From Eubacteriales bacterium (GTDB lineage: Bacteria; Bacillota; Clostridia; Christensenellales; CAG-138): a stretch of 64,000 nucleotides of DNA. This document shows, one piece after another, positions 20,416 through 29,490 of this stretch. Numbering within the stretch: the first letter of the stretch is position 1; each line of letters begins with the position of its first letter. The stretch spans positions 10,671 through 74,670 of the forward strand of contig JAYFNY010000012.1 in NCBI GenBank assembly GCA_034933205.1. Direction: 5' to 3'. The notes under the pieces were generated by a model. It searched no databases and was not told the DNA's origin. It saw only the letters and a list, made by a program, of their open reading frames with translations. The translations under genes and the position numbers were made by a program.

Positions 20416-20538
20416 AGAGCCTCCAAACGGGAAAAATATGAAAATTCGAAAAAAAACGGATATAAGCGAAAAAGCTGCGGTACCGCAACGGATCGTAATC
20501 GATGCGGTACCCGTTTCAAACGCTCGGTCAGCGAGAGA

Positions 20539-21528
20539 TTACCTGCGGCCTTTGTCGTACGGGATGCCCTCGGACTTCGGAGCGCGGGATCTTTTGCTCG
20601 TGAGAATAAGAAGAATCATGGTTACCAGGTAGGGCACCATTAAGTACAGGTATTCGCTTTGGTTGAGATTTTCAAATTTCGGTAAAAATGGAATGCTGCC
20701 GGAATAGGATCCAATGATCTTGAACAGAGCGAAAAACAGGGATGCGCCGAGGATATTCCAGGGTTTCCAGTTACCAAAGATCATAACGGCAAGAGCGAGG
20801 AAGCCATAGCCCGCGACGGTGGACTGGAAGGTCGATCCCGCCGCGACCGTGTAGGCAAGCCCGCCGATGCCGCCGAGAGCCCCAGAGATGAAGACGCCCG
20901 CGTACCGCATGCGATAAACGTTGATACCGACGGAATCCGCCGCCTGAGGATGCTCGCCGCAGGCGCGCATCCGAAGCCCGAATCGGGTTTTATAGAGAAG
21001 AACCGCCGCGACAATGAAGAGCAGAGCCGCCCAAATGGTGGTCTGGTAAAAGCTTTTGAATAAAAAGTTCTGCCAGAACGTATCCTTCGTTGCGATACCA
21101 AGTGTTTCCTGTGTAATACGGCACCACGTAGGAATGATGATATTGGTTTGCCCCTGCCCCTGAATGGCCCAGGTGATCGCGATTGCCAGCGCCGGAGCCA
21201 TCATGTTCAGCGCCGTGCCGCCGATCGTCTGGTCGGCTTTCAGGCTGACGGAAGCGAATGCGAGCAGCAGGGAGAAGAGCGCCCCGGAGAAGGCGGCAAC
21301 CAGTACCGCGATCATCATACCGAGCTGGGGTGCGTTCTGGCCGATGGAGGTATTCAGGTCAAGCGAGCGAAGCGTCAGGCAGGCAAAGAGCGCGCCGACG
21401 ATCATAATCCCTTCCAGCGCGATGTTGATAATGCCGCTGCGTTCGCTGAACATTCCGCCCAGGGCAACCAGCAGCAAAGGAACCGCGAACAGGATTGTTG
21501 CGCTTAAAATATCGGATACGATTTTCAT
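20539..21528 (-). CDS. ABC transporter permease (BMP/nucleoside-type importer)
   Basis: 329-aa polytopic protein. 4-nt overlap with the upstream permease. Confidence 0.9.
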   Translation of the reverse strand: MKIVSDILSATILFAVPLLLVALGGMFSERSGIINIALEGIMIVGALFACLTLRSLDLNTSIGQNAPQLGMMIAVLVAAFSGALFSLLLAFASVSLKADQTIGGTALNMMAPALAIAITWAIQGQGQTNIIIPTWCRITQETLGIATKDTFWQNFLFKSFYQTTIWAALLFIVAAVLLYKTRFGLRMRACGEHPQAADSVGINVYRMRYAGVFISGALGGIGGLAYTVAAGSTFQSTVAGYGFLALAVMIFGNWKPWNILGASLFFALFKIIGSYSGSIPFLPKFENLNQSEYLYLMVPYLVTMILLILTSKRSRAPKSEGIPYDKGRR

Positions 21529-22700
21529 GATTGGGTTGCCTCGCTTTCGGCAGAATTTTCGGCAGCGGTTTCGTCGGAAAGCGGCAGATCAACTTCTGCG
21601 ACCGATTTTTTCGGAGTAATCCATTTGGCAATGACGGAACGCATAAGCAAAGAAAATGCGGAGAGATAGATAATGACCGATATGATGATATCGATGATCT
21701 CCCGCACAAATTCCGGTTGCATTGCATCCCCGCCGACCTGTATGTAGGAGACGAACAAAGCGGAGAAGATTGTTCCAACCGGATTGGAGGACGCGAGCAG
21801 CGCAACGGGAATACCGTTGAATCCCATGGAGACGAGGGATTTCAGCAGCGAATATTGACCCGTTCCCGCCAGGTAGTACAGCCCGCCTCCAACGCCGGAA
21901 AGCGCGCCGGCAATCACCATGGAAAGAATGATGCTGCGCTTGGAATTGATCCCGGCGTATTCGCTTGCGGCGCGATTAAAACCGCAGGCTTTCTGCTCGT
22001 ATCCGAAGGTCGTTTTATTCAGGACGATATACATCAGAATTGCGAACAGGATCGCAATAAAGATGCCGATGTTCATGTAGTTCGATCCGAACAGCTGATC
22101 GAGGCCGAGCTTCGGTAGAATAGCCGAAGGGTTGGCAACGTCCAGCGGCGCGGTGCGGTCCATCTGCGCCAGACCCCAGTCCCTTGCAAGCATCTGACTG
22201 AGGTTGACGATAACGAGATTGGCGGAGAATAAGCCGATCCAGTTGAACATGATGGACGTAATGACTTCATGCACGTTGAACAGCGCTTTGAACAAACCGG
22301 GGAAAACGCCCCAAATCGCGCCGCCGATCATTGCCAGAAGAAGGCACACATACCACGGAAGCTGCAGTTCGATCGCACCGATCAGCGCGAAGGCGGAACC
22401 GACGGTGTACTGACCGGTCGCGCCGATGTTGAACAGACCGGTTTTAAACGCAAATCCGACGGAAAGGCCCGTCATAATCAGAGGCGCGGCCTGATATAAA
22501 ACTTTCGCGAATTTGTCGCTCGAACTGAACCCCGCCGAGATCAGCGAGAGGAACCCCTGACCGGAGTAGGGCGCATTAAAGCAGATCAGCAGGATGAATC
22601 CAAATACCAGACCGAACCCAATGGAAACGACGCTTGCGAGCAGGCTCTGGAAACCCGCGCTCTGAAATCTGCTTTTTGAAAAAAGTTGTTTCAATTTCAT
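21525..22700 (-). CDS. ABC transporter permease (BMP/nucleoside-type importer)
   Basis: 391-aa polytopic protein. 4-nt overlap with the upstream ATPase gene. Confidence 0.9.
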   Translation of the reverse strand: MKLKQLFSKSRFQSAGFQSLLASVVSIGFGLVFGFILLICFNAPYSGQGFLSLISAGFSSSDKFAKVLYQAAPLIMTGLSVGFAFKTGLFNIGATGQYTVGSAFALIGAIELQLPWYVCLLLAMIGGAIWGVFPGLFKALFNVHEVITSIMFNWIGLFSANLVIVNLSQMLARDWGLAQMDRTAPLDVANPSAILPKLGLDQLFGSNYMNIGIFIAILFAILMYIVLNKTTFGYEQKACGFNRAASEYAGINSKRSIILSMVIAGALSGVGGGLYYLAGTGQYSLLKSLVSMGFNGIPVALLASSNPVGTIFSALFVSYIQVGGDAMQPEFVREIIDIIISVIIYLSAFSLLMRSVIAKWITPKKSVAEVDLPLSDETAAENSAESEATQS

Positions 22701-24304
22701 GCGCTGTATGCCTCACTTTCATGGGACTGACGTTTCGCACCGGCCATATAAAGACCGAGTTCCTGAACCGTAATGCGTTTCGGGTCGAATTCGCCGACAA
22801 TTTCTCCCTCGTACATGACAAGAATGCGATCGGACACGTTCATGACTTCGTCCAACTCGAGACTGACGAGGAGGACCGCTTTTCCGTTATCGCGCGCGGA
22901 GATCAGCTGATGATGAATATATTCGATCGCGCCTACGTCGAGGCCGCGCGTTGGCTGCACGGCGACGAGCAGCTCCGGATTCTTATCGATTTCCCGCGCG
23001 ACAATCGCCTTTTGCTGGTTGCCGCCGGACATGCTTCGCGCCGGGGTAACAGGCCCCTGACCGCTGCGAATATCGTACTGGCGGATCAGACATTCGGCAT
23101 ATTCACGCACCTTGTCCTTGCGTATGAATCCTTTGTTCTGAAATTCGGGTTCCCAGTACCTCTGCAGAACAAGGTTCTCTTCAAGACTGTAGTCCAGCAC
23201 GAGGCCGTATTTCTGACGATCTTCCGGAATATGGCTCATGCCGAGTTTGCTGCGACGGCGGATGGACATAACGACCGGTTTTGTCTTGCCAAGCGATTCG
23301 GAGGACTGGCGAGCATGCTTGCGGCCGATCTGCAGGATCGGTTCACCTTTGAGCGTGATGCGCCCGGCGGAAGGTTTCTCCAACCCGGTAAGCGCGTAGA
23401 CAAACTCCGTTTGACCGTTTCCCTCGATTCCCGCAAGGCAGACGATTTCGCCTGCGCGAACGCTGAATGAAACGTCTTTGACGGCATTGTTCTTATGCGC
23501 TTTGCTGGGTACCGTCAGGTTCTCTACCTCCAGTACGGTCTTGCCGGGCTTTGCGTCTTCCTTGCTGACAATAAAATCTACGTCGCGGCCGACCATCATG
23601 CGGCTGAGCTTTACCTTGTCCGTATCCTTAACGTCAACGGTTCCGATGCACTTCCCTTTGCGAAGGACCGTGCAGCGGTCGGCAACGGCCATAATCTCGT
23701 TCAGCTTGTGCGTGATAAAGAGAATGGACTTGCCTTCAGCGGCAAAAGAACGCATGATATCCATCAGTTCGTCGATTTCCTGCGGCGTTAAGACCGCGGT
23801 CGGTTCGTCGAAAATGAGAATATCATTGTCGCGGTAGAGCATCTTCAATATTTCAACCCGTTGCTGCATGCCGACCGAGATATCCTCGATGACCGCGTCC
23901 GGATCGATCTTCAAGCCATAACGTTCGCTGAGTTCGACGACCCTCTTATGCGCTTCCTTCTTTTGAAGGAACCCCATCTTGCTCGGTTCCACGCCAAGAA
24001 TAATATTATCCAGCACGGTGAATATTTCCACAAGCTTAAAATGCTGATGCACCATACCGATATGCAGGGCGTTTGCGTCGTTGGGATCTTTAATCTGGAC
24101 GACTTCACCGTCCTTCTTTATAATACCGCCTTCCGGCTGGTACAGACCGAACAATACGCTCATCAGGGTGGATTTTCCCGCGCCGTTTTCACCAAGCAAG
24201 GCGTGGATCTCACCGCGCCTCAGACGAAGGGTAATATCGTCGTTTGCGCGGATACCCGGGAAATCCTTTGTGATATTCAACATTTCGATGACATATTCTC
24301 CCAT
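22697..24304 (-). CDS. ABC transporter ATP-binding protein, tandem ATPase domains
   Basis: Two cassettes: GENGAGKST ... ILIFDEPT and GIEGNGQTE ... SGGNQQK ... [12 protein letters not shown]. Start taken at MGEYVIEML (ATG 24304). Confidence 0.9.
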   Translation of the reverse strand: MGEYVIEMLNITKDFPGIRANDDITLRLRRGEIHALLGENGAGKSTLMSVLFGLYQPEGGIIKKDGEVVQIKDPNDANALHIGMVHQHFKLVEIFTVLDNIILGVEPSKMGFLQKKEAHKRVVELSERYGLKIDPDAVIEDISVGMQQRVEILKMLYRDNDILIFDEPTAVLTPQEIDELMDIMRSFAAEGKSILFITHKLNEIMAVADRCTVLRKGKCIGTVDVKDTDKVKLSRMMVGRDVDFIVSKEDAKPGKTVLEVENLTVPSKAHKNNAVKDVSFSVRAGEIVCLAGIEGNGQTEFVYALTGLEKPSAGRITLKGEPILQIGRKHARQSSESLGKTKPVVMSIRRRSKLGMSHIPEDRQKYGLVLDYSLEENLVLQRYWEPEFQNKGFIRKDKVREYAECLIRQYDIRSGQGPVTPARSMSGGNQQKAIVAREIDKNPELLVAVQPTRGLDVGAIEYIHHQLISARDNGKAVLLVSLELDEVMNVSDRILVMYEGEIVGEFDPKRITVQELGLYMAGAKRQSHESEAYSA

Positions 24305-24409
24305 TGGATCAAATCCCTTCCCATCAGACTTAACACAGAATAAGAAATGACGATAATTGCGGAAACGGGGCCAGGCGTTCACCCGGCCCCGTTATTGGAG
24401 TTGGAAATC

Positions 24410-25474
24410 TTAGCTCATGTAGTCGACCGCGATATCGACTGTGGGTGTGACTGCAGGATCAAAGCTGCCGTCGATGGCGATGGAGCCATCCAGAATCTTG
24501 GCATACAGAGCATCGTATTCGGCAACGGTAAACGTGGAGAACTTCCAGGAGGACTCTGTCGTCGGGATGCCAACGGATTTGGTCGCGCCGCCAAGCAACA
24601 CATGCTGACCGGCAAGATCTGCGGGCCAGGTGCCGCCGTTATCGTAGAGCTTCTGCAGATAACCGGCTGTGGTGTTCGGCAGTTCCTTGTACGCAGAGGT
24701 GAGGAAGCGCTCGGACAGGTGGGACTGGTCGGAGTCAACGCCGATTACCCAACCCTTCGGGGAAGCTTCGTCAGCTGCCGCAACAACGGAGTTGTAGATG
24801 CCGCCGCCGCAAGCAAAGACAACCTGTGTTCCGTCGGAATACCAGCCATCCATCTTGACTTTGATTTCGTCGCTTGGCGCGAACGTTCCGGCATACCAGT
24901 ACTTGATCGAGACATCCGCGGTGTTGCCGAGCTCGGCAGCTGCCGCATTGACGCCCTGAACAAAGCCGTAACCATAGCGGACAACGGCCGGAACCGCCAT
25001 GCCGCCGCAGAAGCCGAGCTTCGTGAGACCGTCCTTAACGGCCGCATAGCCCGCGCAGTAACCAGCGATCTCTTCCTGATAGGAGCAGATGGTGGTGTTC
25101 GAGGTCGGCGTCATATCGCCGGTGGTGAGGTCGATGCCGAGGAACATAACATCCGGATAAAGCGCTTGGGCTTCCGTGATCGACGGGCCAAACATATAGC
25201 CAGGGCAAACGATCACTTTTGCGCCTTTTTTCACGGCGTTTTTCATGGCTTCGACACGCGCTTCATCGGAATCTTCCGAAGGACGGTAATAGTTATAGGT
25301 CTTGCCGCTTGCTTCCGCAAACTGCTTGACGCCTTCCCAGGTGCCCTGGTTGAAGGACTGGTCGTCGATGTTGCCGACGTCGGTGACCAAAGCAATTTCA
25401 TACGTTTTTGGTGCACAGGCGGCGAATGATAGGATCATAGCCAGCATCAAAAGAACCGCGATAACTTTTTTCAT
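24410..25474 (-). CDS. BMP-family ABC transporter substrate-binding lipoprotein
   Basis: Lipobox ILSFAAC, then DVGNIDDQSFNQGTWEG, which is typical of the Bmp/PnrA family. Confidence 0.9.
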   Translation of the reverse strand: MKKVIAVLLMLAMILSFAACAPKTYEIALVTDVGNIDDQSFNQGTWEGVKQFAEASGKTYNYYRPSEDSDEARVEAMKNAVKKGAKVIVCPGYMFGPSITEAQALYPDVMFLGIDLTTGDMTPTSNTTICSYQEEIAGYCAGYAAVKDGLTKLGFCGGMAVPAVVRYGYGFVQGVNAAAAELGNTADVSIKYWYAGTFAPSDEIKVKMDGWYSDGTQVVFACGGGIYNSVVAAADEASPKGWVIGVDSDQSHLSERFLTSAYKELPNTTAGYLQKLYDNGGTWPADLAGQHVLLGGATKSVGIPTTESSWKFSTFTVAEYDALYAKILDGSIAIDGSFDPAVTPTVDIAVDYMS

Positions 25475-25524
25475 GAGGTCCTCCTTACGTATTTGCGCTT
25501 GTTTAGAACGCAGAATCTAATGTT

Positions 25525-25553
25525 AGTATACCATAGCCACAATTTGGAAACAA
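25525..25553 (-). promoter_or_regulatory. Candidate promoter of the BMP/ABC operon
   Basis: The minus strand reads TTGTTT-17 nt-TATACT with TG at the extended -10 position, about 45 nt upstream of the start codon. Confidence 0.35.
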
Positions 25554-25612
25554 CGACTTCATGCATGCATGGAAAGTATTATTTGCTCTTGTTATCCAGG
25601 GGGAAAAACCTG

Positions 25613-25641
25613 TTGACTTCATTCGTTGCCTCACGTATAAT
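25613..25641 (+). promoter_or_regulatory. Near-consensus sigma-70-type promoter for rpsU
   Basis: TTGACT-17 nt-TATAAT, about 55 nt upstream of the rpsU ATG. Confidence 0.6.
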
Positions 25642-25695
25642 GTCTTTTAGCGTCTTCTTGAAGGAAGAGTCGTATAAGAGGGGAGGGGAGAAAAA

Positions 25696-25866
25696 ATGGA
25701 AATTCGCGTAGGTGAAAACGAGTCCCTGGAAAGCGCTCTGAAACGATTCAAACGCAAGTGCGCACGCAGCGGCGTCTTAGCAGAGGTCCGTCGTCGCGAG
25801 CATTATGAAAAGCCCAGCGTCAAGCGCAAGAAGAAGGCCGAAGCGGCCAGAAAACGCAAATATTAA
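25696..25866 (+). CDS. rpsU: 30S ribosomal protein S21
   Basis: Absent from the ORF track because it is under 60 aa. Hand translation: [68 protein letters not shown] upstream. Confidence 0.95.
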   Translation: MEIRVGENESLESALKRFKRKCARSGVLAEVRRREHYEKPSVKRKKKAEAARKRKY

Positions 25867-26092
25867 TTTTTCAGATTGAAACGCAAGAGCGGATCGGCAA
25901 CGGTTCGCTCTTTGTATATGCAGGCTGGTAAAAGCGAATTTCTGTATAATTTAGAAAGGAAAGGCTGCAAAACGCCCCTCGAAATACAGCACGATTTGAA
26001 ATTCACCTGTAAAATTGAAATACCCACTGGCGTAATACCTATAGATCTGGTAGTATAAAATAAGAAATGCACCATATAAGGAGCATACCATC

Positions 26093-26554
26093 ATGAAATG
26101 CAGATACTGCGCCAGCACCGAGAGCAAGGTGATCGATTCTCGGCCGACAGAAGACGGCAGCGCCATACGTCGCAGGCGTGAGTGCATGAATTGCGGGAAA
26201 CGTTTTACGACCTATGAGAAGATCGAAGAGATCCCCATTATGGTCGTCAAACGGGATGGGCGGCGCGAGCCGTTCGACTCGGAAAAAATCCGGATGGGAA
26301 TTCGGAAAGCCTGCGAAAAACGGCCTGTCGCGGCAGACGCGCAGGATCGTCTTGTCGAGGACGTGACGCGCGAAGTTTTCAATACGCTCGCGTCCGAAGT
26401 AACGACGCGCGATATCGGCGAAATCGTCATGAAGAAGCTGAAGGACGTCGACGAGGTTGCCTACGTCCGCTTTGCTTCCGTATACCGCGAATTTAAGGAT
26501 ACGCAGACGTTCATGAAAGAACTTCAGCGGCTTTTGGATGAGAAGCAGGAGTAA
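26093..26554 (+). CDS. nrdR: Transcriptional repressor NrdR
   Basis: Zinc ribbon MKCRYC...[12 protein letters not shown] followed by an ATP-cone. 153 aa. Confidence 0.95.
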   Translation: MKCRYCASTESKVIDSRPTEDGSAIRRRRECMNCGKRFTTYEKIEEIPIMVVKRDGRREPFDSEKIRMGIRKACEKRPVAADAQDRLVEDVTREVFNTLASEVTTRDIGEIVMKKLKDVDEVAYVRFASVYREFKDTQTFMKELQRLLDEKQE

Positions 26555-26642
26555 TGGAAGAAACGTTACGCGAAACAGCCTGATTTTTGGGAGGGCGCGG
26601 CGTTGGCGGCAAACCGTCTGCGCGGCGCATTTTTGATTTCTT

Positions 26643-27515
26643 ATGATTCAACATTTGAGCGATCCGATACGAGGGAAGTCCTGCCTTGTGGGAAACGAAG
26701 CGATTCGATACGGTTCGAAATTTCGGTTTGTAAACGGTGTAGGGATTTATTCATCGCTGGAGATTGCAAAACAAAAGGGTTTCGATCATGGGTTTTCCGC
26801 GCGTGGCGGTGGTGTCAGCGAGGGCTTCTTTGCTTCGCTGAACCTTAGCTTTACCCGCCCGGAGAACCGTGAAAACGTAATGGAGAATTATCGCCGGTTC
26901 TGCAGCGCCGCCGGTATTCCCTTCGAAACAATGGTCATGGATAATTATGAACACGGGACGACGGTTCTGTGCGTGGATCGGCGCGACGCCGGGAAAGGGT
27001 ACCTTTTGGACCCGTTGCCCGGCTGCGACGGTTTGGTAACGAACGATCCCGCAATCACGCTGATTACGGGTCACGCGGATTGTATGGCGTTTTATTTCGT
27101 CGATCCGGTAAAGCGCTGCATTGGGCTTGCGCACGCAGGCTGGCGCGGAGCGCTCGGCCGCATTGGCGCAAATGTGGTTGAAACGATGCAGAAAAGGTTT
27201 GGCACCGATCCGAAGGACGTAGTCGCATGCATCGGCCCCTCGATCTGTCCGAATTGCTTTGAGGTTGGTCAGAATGTTGCCGAATCTTTCCGTGCCGGTT
27301 TTCCGAATACTCCGTGTGTGCTCGATCACTTTGGAGAGCGGCCTCACGTTGATTTATGGATGGTAGCGGCGCGGCAGTTTATCGACGCGGGAGTTCTGCC
27401 GGAACACATTTCCGCATTCGGCGTGTGCACAATGGAAACGCCGCGTCTGTACTCGCATCGACGTGACCATGGCAATACCGGTGGAATGGCGGCTTACCTT
27501 CGAATCCTGCCGTGA
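26643..27515 (+). CDS. pgeF: Laccase-domain protein YfiH/PgeF family (peptidoglycan editing factor / purine nucleoside phosphorylase-like)
   Basis: HGFSARGGGVS, TGHADCM, LAHAGWRG and CPNCFEV are the family's conserved His/Cys segments. Confidence 0.85.
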   Translation: MIQHLSDPIRGKSCLVGNEAIRYGSKFRFVNGVGIYSSLEIAKQKGFDHGFSARGGGVSEGFFASLNLSFTRPENRENVMENYRRFCSAAGIPFETMVMDNYEHGTTVLCVDRRDAGKGYLLDPLPGCDGLVTNDPAITLITGHADCMAFYFVDPVKRCIGLAHAGWRGALGRIGANVVETMQKRFGTDPKDVVACIGPSICPNCFEVGQNVAESFRAGFPNTPCVLDHFGERPHVDLWMVAARQFIDAGVLPEHISAFGVCTMETPRLYSHRRDHGNTGGMAAYLRILP

Positions 27516-27755
27516 AGCAATACCCGATCGAATGTGAGTTTGATTGACAATCCGCCGATGCGAGAGTATAATTCACTCGTTTCAGTATCTGCGTTATCTG
27601 CGTTTTTGCGTCGATGAGGCAATGCTGCTTTCTTTGCGGATATCTCCATTGGATGCACGCATTTCATAAAAGCGTATTTTTTTATGATACGGGCGTACAA
27701 TTGGAATAGATACGATTGGAATAGAATTGAAATACAGTACAATACAGGGAGACAG

Positions 27756-28892
27756 ATGTACATGAAACAAAAGACGGCGATAGCGATTCTGCTCGTCCTC
27801 GTTCTGGCGATGACCGCACTTGCCGGCGGATGCCAGAGTAAAACCGTTGTGGTTGCCAAGGTCGGCGACCAGGAAATCACGCTCAAACAGCTGGAAAATG
27901 CATACAGCAGCGGGTTGAGCTATGCGTCTTATTATGGATATGATACGAGCACGGAGGACGGGATCGCTTCCTACCGCGATTATCTGCTCGACAACCAGAT
28001 TTCGACCGCAATGAAGATCTATCAGGCAAAGCTTGCCGGTATTACTCTGACCGACGAGGAAAAGGCCACCGCGAAAGAGACTGCGGACAAGAACTATAGC
28101 GATACGTATCAGTCGTTTGTCGACCAGGCGACCAAAGCGGGCGCTTCCAACGTGGACGCCTATGCGAAAACGCTTTTAACAAAAGCTCTGGTTTCCAATA
28201 ACACGACCGTTTCCAAACTGAAAGCGCAGATGCTGGAGGATGCCGAAAACGATATCCTCGTTTCGAAGCATCGTGATGCGCTGCTGAAGGATGTTTCTTT
28301 GACGGAAGACGAGCTGGCGGCAAAGTATACCGAAGAGCTTGCCGCGCAAAAGGAACTTTTCACATCCGATCCGACGCAGTATTTTACGTATGAGTCCTAT
28401 TCCCAGTATGGATACTATGCGCCGCCGATCTATGTTCCCGAGGGACTCTTCCGTGTTCGTCAGATTTTGGTAGCGGATGAGGAGACGGCGCTGCTGGTCA
28501 AACAGAAAATTGACGCCGGCGAAGATTTCGAAACGCTTCTGACGCAGTATAACACGGATCCCGGCATGCAGAGCGACGCGAACAAAGCCGGATACCTCGT
28601 TGGAACGGGTGCGAACTATGTGACGGAATTCCTGAATGCGGCGCTGGCGCTGACAAACGATGGAGACGTGTCCGCTCCGGTCAAATCCGATTACGGCTGG
28701 CACATCATCAAGCGTGTTTCCACCGAGCCTGCGCATGAGATTGCCTATGCGGACGTGAAGGATGTGTTTGATGCGTATGAGCAATCGAAATATCAGTCCG
28801 ATTCTTATTCGGATATCGTCGCAGGCTGGGTTGCGGATGCGACGCTGGTGACCAAGTATCCGGAAAATTACGCGTCCGTGGGGAAAGAATAA
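27756..28892 (+). CDS. Parvulin-type peptidyl-prolyl isomerase lipoprotein (PrsA/SurA-like)
   Basis: Lipobox LAGGC. C-terminal PpiC domain: FRVRQILV ... GYLVG ... SDYGWHIIKRV. Confidence 0.8.
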   Translation: MYMKQKTAIAILLVLVLAMTALAGGCQSKTVVVAKVGDQEITLKQLENAYSSGLSYASYYGYDTSTEDGIASYRDYLLDNQISTAMKIYQAKLAGITLTDEEKATAKETADKNYSDTYQSFVDQATKAGASNVDAYAKTLLTKALVSNNTTVSKLKAQMLEDAENDILVSKHRDALLKDVSLTEDELAAKYTEELAAQKELFTSDPTQYFTYESYSQYGYYAPPIYVPEGLFRVRQILVADEETALLVKQKIDAGEDFETLLTQYNTDPGMQSDANKAGYLVGTGANYVTEFLNAALALTNDGDVSAPVKSDYGWHIIKRVSTEPAHEIAYADVKDVFDAYEQSKYQSDSYSDIVAGWVADATLVTKYPENYASVGKE

Positions 28893-28907
28893 CGGAGTGG
28901 TTTAAGA

Positions 28908-28997
28908 ATGAGTAGAGGGTTACGCATTTTTAGCTTAATCGTTGCAATTATGATGATTATTGGCACGATAGCGTCCATTCTGTTCGCCCTGCTGTAA
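28908..28997 (+). CDS. Possible 29-aa hydrophobic micropeptide
   Basis: MSRGLRIFSLIVAIMMIIGTIASILFALL forms a single TM-like helix. It lies between the PPIase stop and a strong terminator. There is no clear RBS, so this is speculative. Confidence 0.25.
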   Translation: MSRGLRIFSLIVAIMMIIGTIASILFALL

Positions 28998-29010
28998 AAA
29001 ATCGCTGTAG

Positions 29011-29042
29011 AAACGAAGCCATGAAAGTGGCTTCGTTTTTTT
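29011..29042 (+). terminator. Rho-independent terminator
   Basis: 11-bp stem AAACGAAGCCA/TGGCTTCGTTT with a 6-nt loop and a T-run. Confidence 0.7.
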
Positions 29043-29426
29043 CCTTTTTAAATATGTATGAATTATAGGAAGAAATAACAACGCAGAGAATTCCCGCGTA
29101 TCTAGGCGGAAATCCGCAGGGTATTCGACCATGGTCTTCCGCTCGGCGAACAAACAGATCAAAAGTGGTACTCGAGCCAGCTCTGACTTCTTGCTCAAAT
29201 GAAAGACGGATCGGATATGGTTTAGAAAAACGAGATCGCTCGTGATATTTGTTCTTTTGTAACCTGCAAGAAAAATGCAGGAAATCTTGCGAATAGTTGA
29301 TTGAGCAACGCATTGCCGAGATCGAAAAAGTGCGCGAAAAATAAGCATTTTTGCACAAATGTAATTTTTATATATCATAATCGCTGAATTGATATGACCG
29401 CAAGAGAATACGTTTTGCGATTTTTC

Positions 29427-29455
29427 TTGCACAAGAGGAAGTACGCAGGTATAAT
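29427..29455 (+). promoter_or_regulatory. Candidate ppdK promoter
   Basis: TTGCAC-17 nt-TATAAT, about 35 nt upstream of the TTG start. GAAGGAGGAAG RBS follows. Confidence 0.5.
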
Positions 29456-29490
29456 TATTATTTGTCAGATCAGAGAAGGAGGAAGAGGTT

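Noticed and set aside
24347-25429. 360-aa plus-strand ORF
   Set aside because: It is antisense to the clearly recognisable BMP-family lipoprotein gene and is Gly/Arg/Ala-rich with no motifs. The same reasoning rejects 22634-23470, 23861-24343, 15245-16159, 18174-19325, 8418-9308, 30055-30855 and 31273-32028.
25867-26092. NrdR box or riboswitch upstream of nrdR
   Set aside because: No convincing 16-bp NrdR-box palindrome or conserved riboswitch core could be recognised by eye. Only a weak hairpin follows rpsU.
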